Of a DNA stretch of 23,037 nucleotides, positions 14,871-23,037 are shown in pieces. The stretch's first letter is position 1. Every line of letters begins with the position of its first letter. Below the pieces are notes generated by a model. The model saw nothing but the letters and a program-made list of their open reading frames with translations, made no database searches and had not been told where the DNA came from. Location: assembly GCA_963777505.1 (NCBI GenBank), contig CAVZQN010000012.1:1-23037 (forward strand). The letters are read 5' to 3'. Made by a program: the position numbers and the translations under genes. Source of the DNA: an uncultured bacterium (GTDB lineage: Bacteria; Acidobacteriota; HRBIN11; JAKEFK01).

Positions 14871-17800
14871 GTGACAGAATCCCGTGAAGATCCTGAGCCT
14901 CCCGAATCCAATGATTCCGTCGATTCCAGCACTTCCCAACTTTTGACTCTCGATTCAGGTGCAGACGCCGAGGTAAAAGGCGACGGCCACTTTCAATTCC
15001 CAAAACATATTGGTCATTATGATATTGATGCTGTTTTAGGTTCTGGCGGAATGGGACAGGTTTTCAAAGGTTATGATCCAAAACTCAAACGGTTCGCAGC
15101 ATTAAAGATATTGCGTGCTGAAACTCCTCAATTGAATCGCCGTTTTGCTCAGGAAGCAAGATTACAAGCAAGAATTGATCACCCCAATGTTTGTAAAGTG
15201 TATGAAGTAGGGGAGGTCGATGGAAAGCATTTTATTGCAATGCAATATATCGCTGGCAAAACTTTGCGCGATGCAGCGACAGAATTAAAACTTGAAGAAA
15301 AGCTCCGGATCATCAAGCAAGTTGCGGAGGCGTTGCATTCTGCGCATAAAGAAGGGCTTATTCACCGGGACATCAAACCATCCAACATCATGGTGGTAAA
15401 AACTGAAGAAGGAATCTGGCAGCCCTATATTCTGGATTTCGGTTTAGCGCGGGAGCAAGAAGCTGCCGGTTTAACACTTTCAGGAGTTGTTGTTGGAACC
15501 CCGCACTATATGGCTCCGGAACAAGCTCGCGGGGATACGACTCATCTTGATCGCAGGACAGATGTCTACGGTCTTGGAGCTACATTGTATGAATTGCTCT
15601 CAGGTCAAACACCCTATCCTGGCAAAAGTTCCGCTGACGTTTTGATCAGGGTGTTGCAAGAAGATCCTGTTCCAATTAGAAAAATCGATCGTAATATTCC
15701 GATCGATCTTGAAACGATTGTGATGAAGTGCATGCAAAAGGAGCCTCATCTCCGTTATGAATCTGCTAAAGAATTGTACGAAGATCTTCAAAGGTATTTG
15801 GATGGCGATCCGATTTCAGCCAGGCCGATACGTTTTTCAGAACGCCTGATTAAAAAAGCAAAGAAAAATAAAGTAGCTGCAGTAAGCATCGCCGGCGCTT
15901 TACTGATCACTTTGGTTCTTATTAGCGCTTTAGTCTGGGTGCAAACAAAGTCCAGCATTCAATCAAAGTATGCAAGAGAGTTCGGTGAGGAAGTTCGAAG
16001 TATTGAATCGATGATGTTAAGCGTTTATTCAGCTCCAATCCATGATATTAGATCGGAATCAGCTGTAGCCAAAAAGCGTCTTTCCAAAATTGAAAATCGA
16101 ACCAGGGAAGCTGGTAGTTGGGCATATGGTCCGGGACATAATGCGCTGGGGTTGGGATATTTCGCTATCGGTGACTACGATAAAGCATTTCAAAATCTGG
16201 AAATTGCGTGGCAATCTAATTATCGTGAACCATCAACGATCTACACTCTTGGGAAGCTGTATGGAATCCGTTATCAACGTGAATTAGCCGAAGCAGCATC
16301 CATTAAGAACAAAGTACTTCGTGATGAGCAATTTGCGAAAATCGAGAAAGAGCTTCGTGATCCTGCCGTTGAATATTTGAAGATGTCGAAAACGAGCATT
16401 GATTCGCCTGCGTATGCGGAAGGACTCATTGCATTTTATGAGAAGCGATACAGTGATGCGCTAAAAAATGCCATTGAAGCTTACAAACAAGCCGGTTGGT
16501 CTTACGATGCGAAAAAACTGGAAGGAGATCTTTATCAATCAAGAGCGAGTGAACTTGAAGATAAGGGTGACTCTGAAGAAGCTGCAAAGAATTTGGATGC
16601 TGCGGCCGCCGCCAATCGGATCGCCATCGAATTAGGTAGAAGTAGAGCAGAAATCTACTTGAACGAAGCTTCCAGATGGACTGAAATTCTGATTCGCGAT
16701 ACTGAGAAGGGAAAGACCAATCAAACTGCTTTCGATCAGGGACTTCATTTTGCGGATCAAGCAATCGCGATTAATCCGGAAGCTCCGGAAGGATACGCTC
16801 GCGGCTCAAAAATCTATACAAGTGCAGGAAACTATTTGATGTACAACACCGGTGAAGATCCGCGGAAGATGATGGAACAGGCAATTCAGATGGGTGAGCA
16901 ATTGCAGAAATTAAGTCCGCGATATCCTATCGCATTCTCTGAATCCGGAATTGCATACAGATTGATTGGCGAGTATGAGCTTCGACATGGAATGGATCCA
17001 CGAAATTCGTTGGCTAAATCGATAGATCTTCTTGGAAAATCGGTTCAGATTAAGCCAGGGTTTTCACCATATTTAGGAGCACTTGGCGTTGCGTATTCAC
17101 TTCTTGCGGAATATGAACTGAAACACGGAAAAGATCCACGTCCTACATTTCAGAAAGCGATTCAACAATATCGAACCTCTGAACAAATAAATCCTAAGTA
17201 CACCCAGGCCTTTATAAATGCTGGAATCGCATACTGGTTCATTGCGTCTTATGAAGGGTCACGCGGCTTAGATCCAACATCTGCTTTTCAAAATGCAATT
17301 GAACAGTATCAAATGGCCATCACAGCGAATCCAAAAAATGCCTTTGCCTTATTCAATCTGAGTCTTGCATACATGGAGGCGGGTAATTTTGAGCTTGTTT
17401 CGGGACGTGATCCCACTAAGTCTTATGCACAATGTCTTGATGTTTTGAAGAAATGTGCAGAGTTAATGAACAATTCATACGTTCCAACTGCATTCGGCAG
17501 TATTTTCTATCAGATGGCAAATTTACGAGTTTCAAAAAGGAAATGATCCGACATCTTTACTTGAACAATCGCGCAATTCTTATCAGAAATCGATTGAAAT
17601 AGATTCTTCTAATTATGAGCCATTCGGATTTTTAGGGCGTGATGAAACTCTTGCCGCGCGCTGGACCATAAAATTGGACATTCTCCGAGTACCCTGTTCA
17701 AATGGGCGCGCAAAAATTTCCAAAAAGCCATCGAGTTGAATAAAGAAGAACCTACCGTCTATCAGCTCTATGCCGATTTGTTGCGTAGGGAAGCTGAATG

Positions 17801-18072
17801 GCTTCAATCCCAAAAACGATCTGCAAGTGAACCGATTTCCACGGGTTGCAGATCGTCAAAAAAAATCTCGATCTTGATCTACATCGTCCGAAGCTTACGC
17901 TCTGGAAGGAACGTTTTATCTCTTGAAGGCAGAAGAACAAACAGATAAAGACATGCGATCCAATTTGATCGCCAAAAGTAAACTTTCTTTGGAGTATGCC
18001 TTGAAATTGAATCGCTGGCTGAAAAAGGAATATCAGCCGGTTCTGGAAAAAGCGAATAAAAGCCTGGAATGA
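14871..18072 (+). CDS. Membrane-anchored Hanks-type Ser/Thr protein kinase with C-terminal TPR-like repeats; four frameshifts in the last 550 bp
   Basis: LGSGGMGQV, ALK, HRDIKPSN, DFG, GTPHYMAPE and DVYGLG; TM segment AAVSIAGALLITLVLISALVWV. The repeats continue past the 17546 stop after indel correction near 17523, 17672, 17845 and 17880, ending ...EKANKSLE-TGA 18072. Confidence 0.9.
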
Positions 18073-18082
18073 GGCGAACCGT

Positions 18083-18111
18083 ACCACGAAGGTTACGAAG
18101 AGCACGAAGAG
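18083..18111. repeat. Three 9-bp units (ACGAAG core), single arm of a REP-like element
   Basis: accacgaaggttacgaagagcacgaagag, 10 nt after the reconstructed kinase stop. Similar to the left arm at 6876-6902. Confidence 0.5.
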
Positions 18112-18488
18112 CGCTACACCAATATTAACGTCAAACGTTATTGCTCACATTTTAAAACGAACTGACAACACGTACGCTGGGGACTATTCATTGATCGCGT
18201 ACTATTTTCACAGAAGTTATCTAAGGAAACTCTTCTAATATTTTAGCTCTATTTACATTCTTATGATTTTAGGTTATTATTTGAACTAACTTATAATTGG
18301 TAAAAGCTTAAGTGTCTTTAAGCCGCATTCATTTGAAGGATTAATCGTAGACTCAAGAATCGCTGAAGAAGCTCCAAACGGATATTTCACAATCCCTCCC
18401 GGACCCTGCTAAGTACTACGTCTTCAACTTTCAAATAGAGTTCGTGATCTATAGATGGATTACGAAGAAACAAAGGAGATAGAGTAAT

Positions 18489-18998
18489 ATGCTTTCAAAA
18501 ATTGATAAGGCCAAAAAACAAAAAGAGCTGCTTTCTAAAATTGCGGCCGACATTAATGAAGATGTGCGAGCCAAAGCTGTAAAGCTCGATCAAGGAAATT
18601 ATCCTGGTTACCTACCTTCAACCTGGTATTCCTTGTTTCAAAAACAATTTCTTCGCCACACCGGCGAAAGAGAAGTAGAAATGTTTTTTTTAAGCCCGAG
18701 TGGTTGGCTTAAAGGACTCCAACTCAATGGTGCGTTAAAGAAAGAAACCGAATTCATAGCACGGCTTAAAACAGTTTGCGTTACATTGAGAAAATTGGCG
18801 AATGAGAAAAACGCAGGAAATGTGCGATTCCTTGGGGAAATAGCTGCAGAGGCCAAAGTGCCAGCGGCGTGGCTGGCGAATGTAATCGATTCTGAATCAA
18901 TTGAATACAGGTTTAATAAGATCGGAATCGCATGGTTGAATGAAAAGGATAATTCTGTTCTTATTCCATCGAATGTGGGACTGAAGAAATCAGCTTAA
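18489..18998 (+). CDS. Hypothetical protein, possibly the surviving 3' part of a decayed longer gene
   Basis: 169-codon ORF. The same frame upstream reads LKD*S*TQESLKKLQTDISQSLPDPAKYYVFNFQIEFVIYRWITKKQRR*SN. The region is AT-rich. Confidence 0.55.
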   Translation: MLSKIDKAKKQKELLSKIAADINEDVRAKAVKLDQGNYPGYLPSTWYSLFQKQFLRHTGEREVEMFFLSPSGWLKGLQLNGALKKETEFIARLKTVCVTLRKLANEKNAGNVRFLGEIAAEAKVPAAWLANVIDSESIEYRFNKIGIAWLNEKDNSVLIPSNVGLKKSA

Positions 18999-19028
18999 AC
19001 TGATGACTCAGCTCCTTACCTTCTTCAG

Positions 19029-19679
19029 TTAAGAATTCTCCGATGGGAATAGCACCTTCATCTGTTTTTCATTCCTCTTCCAATAACGATGGATATACCA
19101 CATGTGCAGAAGTACAGAAGTTACAAATATTACGGCGCCTGATGCAATACAAACAATCAACGACGTCTTAAAGATTGAAAATGCCAGCAACCCGGCAAAT
19201 ACCGCGCTGAGGATACTATTGATAAGGCTGACCAACCCGGCAGTCGATGCGAATTGTTGAAGTATAGAATTGGGTGCGCGTAAATTCTGCAAATATCCTG
19301 GCATATCATCATGAGTGGACAGAATGAAATATTCCTTCACGTGCGGAGCGACTTCAGTGTAATAGTGTCGAATACGGTTGATGCCGCGCGCAGAAACCAT
19401 ATCTTCGGTGCCCGTTTGATTCACGCGGATAAAGGTAACCAGTCCAAGGAAAATGAGGGATGGAAACAAGATCAGGGCAAAAAGAAAAAAGGCACGTCCC
19501 AGGTCAGACATTTGACCAATAAAGGCAAGAGCCACGATACTGCTCGAAACGGTTCCCAGGAAAAGGTTCGTACGACCATTGGCTTCATAGACTGTAGCAG
19601 AACGCATCGCTTGCAGATTCGTGTGTTCATTGATCAAAATCTGTAAAGCTTCCGGGCTTCTTGAAGGCTGTTCATTCAT
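19029..19679 (-). CDS. Hypothetical integral membrane protein (about 4 TM helices in two hairpins)
   Basis: RBS aggag upstream on the minus strand. Two pairs of hydrophobic segments separated by a loop containing GINRIRHYY. Confidence 0.85.
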   Translation of the reverse strand: MNEQPSRSPEALQILINEHTNLQAMRSATVYEANGRTNLFLGTVSSSIVALAFIGQMSDLGRAFFLFALILFPSLIFLGLVTFIRVNQTGTEDMVSARGINRIRHYYTEVAPHVKEYFILSTHDDMPGYLQNLRAPNSILQQFASTAGLVSLINSILSAVFAGLLAFSIFKTSLIVCIASGAVIFVTSVLLHMWYIHRYWKRNEKQMKVLFPSENS

Positions 19680-19851
19680 CTGTTAGCTCCTATAAAGAAA
19701 CTACGCTAGCAGCTTGCGTTCGCAAGTTTGATTGGCCGAACGCGGCATGAAGGCTACGATTCAACGTAGTTTGTGGTGATCTTCGTAATGCTGGGAATTA
19801 GCGTGTGCTCCAGCTGCTCAAGTTACAACAACTAGCAACAAATCTTTTCCT

Positions 19852-19909
19852 TCCCCTTGACGTTCGAAAGAAGAAAACTTATGTTTCCTTTCGACACCCG
19901 AAAGAAGAA
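19852..19909 (+). promoter_or_regulatory. sigma70-type promoter overlapped by two candidate PadR operators
   Basis: TTGACG (19857-19862)-17 bp-TATGTT (19880-19885). 24-nt direct repeats at 19852-19875 and 19886-19909 (18/24 identical); the second contains the palindrome CTTTCG-N5-CGAAAG. Confidence 0.7.
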
Positions 19910-19914
19910 CATTT

Positions 19915-20268
19915 ATGACCAAAGATAAGAGTGAAGTGTTGCAGGGAACGCTGGACATGCTTGTGCTGAAGGCATTGCAGCTTGAACCGATGCATGGCTG
20001 GGGAATTACGGAGCGGATCGAGCAATGGTCCGAGAGCGTTCTGCAGCTGGGGCAGGGCACATTGTATCCGGCACTTTACCGTCTTGAGGGGCAGGACATG
20101 ATCCGGTCGGAATGGAAAGTTACGGAAAATAACCGGCGTGCTCGATATTATTCGCTTACCCCAAAAGGCCGGCGTTTTTTAAATCAGGAATTAGCAGATT
20201 GGCGCCGTATTTCGCGCGCGATTGAGCTTGTGCTTGCAGCAACTCTTGAACCGGAAAGATCACGATGA
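19915..20268 (+). CDS. PadR-family transcriptional regulator (acidobacterial type)
   Basis: LQGTLDMLVLKAL...MHGWGI..RI...GTLYPALYRLE...W...ENNRRARYYSLT..G. Overlaps the next gene by ATGA. Confidence 0.95.
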   Translation: MTKDKSEVLQGTLDMLVLKALQLEPMHGWGITERIEQWSESVLQLGQGTLYPALYRLEGQDMIRSEWKVTENNRRARYYSLTPKGRRFLNQELADWRRISRAIELVLAATLEPERSR

Positions 20269-22931
20269 AGGGATGGCTTCAAAGATTAAAACGGCTTCAC
20301 CGGCGAAGCGAACTCGAACAAGGACTCGCAGAGGAAATTCAGTTCCATATAGAAAAACAATCTGAGAAGAATGTGAAAGCTGGCATGCAACCGGATGAAG
20401 CGCGCAGGCAGGCAATGATTCAGTTTGGTGGAATTGAGCAATTCAAGGAGTCTACACGCGATCAGTTTCGTTCCGCATGGCTCGAAAATTTCGTCCGCGA
20501 TTTGCGTCATGGAGTGCGCGCTCTGCGGCGAACTCCAGGGTTTACGTTCGTTGTAATCTTTACGCTTGCAATCAGCATCGGCGCCATCACTGCGATGTTC
20601 AGTGTACTGAATGGAGTTGTGCTGCGTCCGTTGCCATATCCGCAACAGGACCGGCTGATTGAACTTGTACACGAAGCTCCACGTTTTGGTTTAAACGAAC
20701 TGTTCGCATCACCAGCCATCTATTTTTCTTATCGCGACTACAACAAAACATTCGATTCAATCGGATTGTGGGATTGGGATGATTCGCCGGTAACTGTGAC
20801 CGGGTCTGGATCACCGGAAGCGATCCAGAGCGTAGAAGTGACACACGAAATTCTTCCGATGCTTGGAGGCAATCCGATCCGTGGTCGAACCTTTAGTGAA
20901 ACTGATGATCTTGCTGGAAGCGAACCAACGGTAATTATTTCCTATGCATACTGGCAGCGTAGATTTGGTGGAGTGGATCCGCTGGGGCAAACGCTGATTG
21001 TTGATGGAATTCCCCGCGTGGTAATTGGAGTGCTGCCGCAAAACTTTCAATTCTTTGATTACGCCGCTGACCTTTTCTACCCAAGACAACCCGTACGATC
21101 GGAAGCTTCGTTTCCATCCTTTGATGGACGCGCGATTGCAAAACTAAAACCTGGCGTCACTCTGGAGCAGGCAAACGCCGATGTTCAGCGCATGATTCCA
21201 CTGCTGGAAGAAGAATTCGGGCAGAATGTACAGCCATGGAAGATGAAACCAAAATTGAGATTGCTCAAAGAAACAGTCGTAGGAAATCTGGATGATACGT
21301 TATGGATTTTGATGGGAACGATCGGACTCCTGTTGTTGATTGCATGCGCGAATGTTTCGAACCTGGTGCTCGTGCGTACTCAATCGAAGCAGGGAGAACT
21401 GGCCGTTCGAAGAGCACTTGGCGCCGATTCGATTGCGGTCGCAAGAGTTGTGTTTGCTGAAAACATCATCCTGGGTCTTGCGGGCGGAGCAGCCGGTATT
21501 GTAGTTGCCTATTTCAGTTTGCCGTTTCTGCTTTTATTAGGTGAAAGCGATTTGCCTCAAATTATGAATGTAAAGATCGATCCTGTCGTTTTGCTTGCAG
21601 CTCTGGGTATATCCGCGATCACAATTTTTCTGGTTGCGCTTCCATCAGTGATCCATTTTGCGCGACCACGAAATCAACTCGCCCAGGCTTTGGGATCTGG
21701 CGCGCGATCGTTCACTGAAGGACGTGAAGTGAACTGGGTCAGGCAAATTCTGCTGGTCACCCAGGTTGCGCTCGCACTCGTGCTGCTCATCGGCTCAGGA
21801 TTAATGATTCAAACCTTCATGAGATTGCGCCAGGTGGATCCGGGCTTCAACGATCCACAGCACGTGCTTACATTTCAACTAACGATTCCGGTAAAGGCTG
21901 AAGTTGAGTCTGATGAAGCTGAACTGCGCGAACGGCTTCTTCGAATGCAGCATGCGATCGTGGATCAGCTTGCCGCGATTCCCGGTGTGCAATCAGCAGC
22001 TTTTTCTGCGTTTAGTGATGGACTTCCACTGGATGGAGACGGACGTCAACACGGACTTTGCATTGAAACAAAAGCTCAGATTGAATGCGGAGAATCCATG
22101 AAAGAAGTGCAATCAGTTTCGCCAGGCTTTTTTGAAACGACAAAAACTGCGCTCGTTGCCGGACGTTTGTTTGATTGGGACGATGTGCATCAGCCCAGGG
22201 AGGTTGTTTTACTTTCTGAAAATCTCGCGCGAGCGGAATGGGGATCAGCGCAGGCCGCGTTAGGAAAACGGGTGAGTAATTCCCAAACCGGACCGTGGCG
22301 CGAAGTAGTGGGCGTTGTCAAAGACGTTCATCATAATGCCTTAAGTCAACCTGCGCCGCAGACCATAATTTATCCGGCTGTAGCAGCGGACACTGCAACA
22401 TTTGTCATTCGAACCAATCGCACTGGCACGGCCGGTTTTCTGGAGGAAGTTCGAAAAGCGGTGTGGTCTGTGAATGCGAATCTTTCACTTGCAAAAGTGC
22501 AAACTCTCGGTGATCTTCATCAACGTTCTATGGCTCGAACTGATATGACAATGCAATTACTTGCGATTACTGGCGCAATCGCCTTCATGCTGGGACTTGT
22601 AGGGATTTACGGAGTGGTTAGCTACACAATTTCGCAGCGGCGCCGTGAGATCGGGATCCGCCTTGCTCTTGGAGCCGGGCAGGGTCAGATCAGACGGATG
22701 TTTGTTCGACGCGCGTTGATGAATGTAATGATCGGGGTTGTAATCGGGCTCGTTGCTGCTGCCGGTCTAACCCGCATGATGATGTCGCAATTATTCGGTG
22801 TTAGTCCAATGGATCCGTTGACCTATCTTGCTGTTGCATTACTCGTGCTTTTAGCTGCTGCATTTGCCAGCTTCATTTCCGCACTTCGCGCTTCATCGTT
22901 TCATCCAGCAGAAGTTTTGAAAGCTGCCTGA
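20265..22931 (+). CDS. MacB/FtsX-like duplicated ABC permease (ADOP type: permease prefix + 2x MacB_PCD/FtsX), no fused ATPase
   Basis: Prefix EEIQFHIE...GM...EARRQA...FGG; DLRHGVRALRRTPGF; LLIACANVSNL; ELAVRRALGA; QRRREIGIRLALGA; LFGVSPMDP. Confidence 0.95.
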   Translation: MKGWLQRLKRLHRRSELEQGLAEEIQFHIEKQSEKNVKAGMQPDEARRQAMIQFGGIEQFKESTRDQFRSAWLENFVRDLRHGVRALRRTPGFTFVVIFTLAISIGAITAMFSVLNGVVLRPLPYPQQDRLIELVHEAPRFGLNELFASPAIYFSYRDYNKTFDSIGLWDWDDSPVTVTGSGSPEAIQSVEVTHEILPMLGGNPIRGRTFSETDDLAGSEPTVIISYAYWQRRFGGVDPLGQTLIVDGIPRVVIGVLPQNFQFFDYAADLFYPRQPVRSEASFPSFDGRAIAKLKPGVTLEQANADVQRMIPLLEEEFGQNVQPWKMKPKLRLLKETVVGNLDDTLWILMGTIGLLLLIACANVSNLVLVRTQSKQGELAVRRALGADSIAVARVVFAENIILGLAGGAAGIVVAYFSLPFLLLLGESDLPQIMNVKIDPVVLLAALGISAITIFLVALPSVIHFARPRNQLAQALGSGARSFTEGREVNWVRQILLVTQVALALVLLIGSGLMIQTFMRLRQVDPGFNDPQHVLTFQLTIPVKAEVESDEAELRERLLRMQHAIVDQLAAIPGVQSAAFSAFSDGLPLDGDGRQHGLCIETKAQIECGESMKEVQSVSPGFFETTKTALVAGRLFDWDDVHQPREVVLLSENLARAEWGSAQAALGKRVSNSQTGPWREVVGVVKDVHHNALSQPAPQTIIYPAVAADTATFVIRTNRTGTAGFLEEVRKAVWSVNANLSLAKVQTLGDLHQRSMARTDMTMQLLAITGAIAFMLGLVGIYGVVSYTISQRRREIGIRLALGAGQGQIRRMFVRRALMNVMIGVVIGLVAAAGLTRMMMSQLFGVSPMDPLTYLAVALLVLLAAAFASFISALRASSFHPAEVLKAA

Positions 22932-23037
22932 CTCTAGCGCTCATCAACGCTCAATCGCAGACCCTCACATGCTAATTTCACCCATTTGATGGCATCTGAT
23001 CGATTATTTCGTTCTGAAGTAGTTTTACTCTACGTCA

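Noticed and set aside
1226-22101. Numerous short antisense or alternate-frame ORFs in the track (e.g. 1935..2345, 9565..9867, 12912..13259, 17752..18105, 19311..19646, 20286..20672)
   Set aside because: They overlap well-supported genes and carry no recognisable motifs; treated as shadow ORFs.

Overview
Bacterial accessory region, probably from Acidobacteriota. The taxonomic call is inferred from the PadR + duplicated orphan ABC permease pair at the right end. Almost all genes are on the + strand and most encode exported or surface proteins: a signal-peptide protein, a trypsin-like (lysyl-endopeptidase-like) protease, a vanadium-haloperoxidase/PAP2 protein, an RTX-like repeat protein, a beta-propeller/DUF11/4xCalx-beta protein and a Ser/Thr kinase with helical repeats. 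A DUF763 protein and a 4-TM protein are also present. At least 9 single-base frameshifts split 5 genes; most sit in short homopolymers, which suggests long-read error. Several genuine gene relics lie between the genes. The most interesting observation is that three otherwise unrelated proteins without a visible Sec signal (<3..677, 5587..6847, 7015..8889) share a gap-free 18-19 aa motif after a 45-60 aa disordered leader. One of them sits behind a near-consensus sigma54 promoter with upstream palindromes. This may be an undescribed export or chaperone-binding signal marking a family of secretion substrates. All family calls come from motif recognition by eye; no database searches were run.
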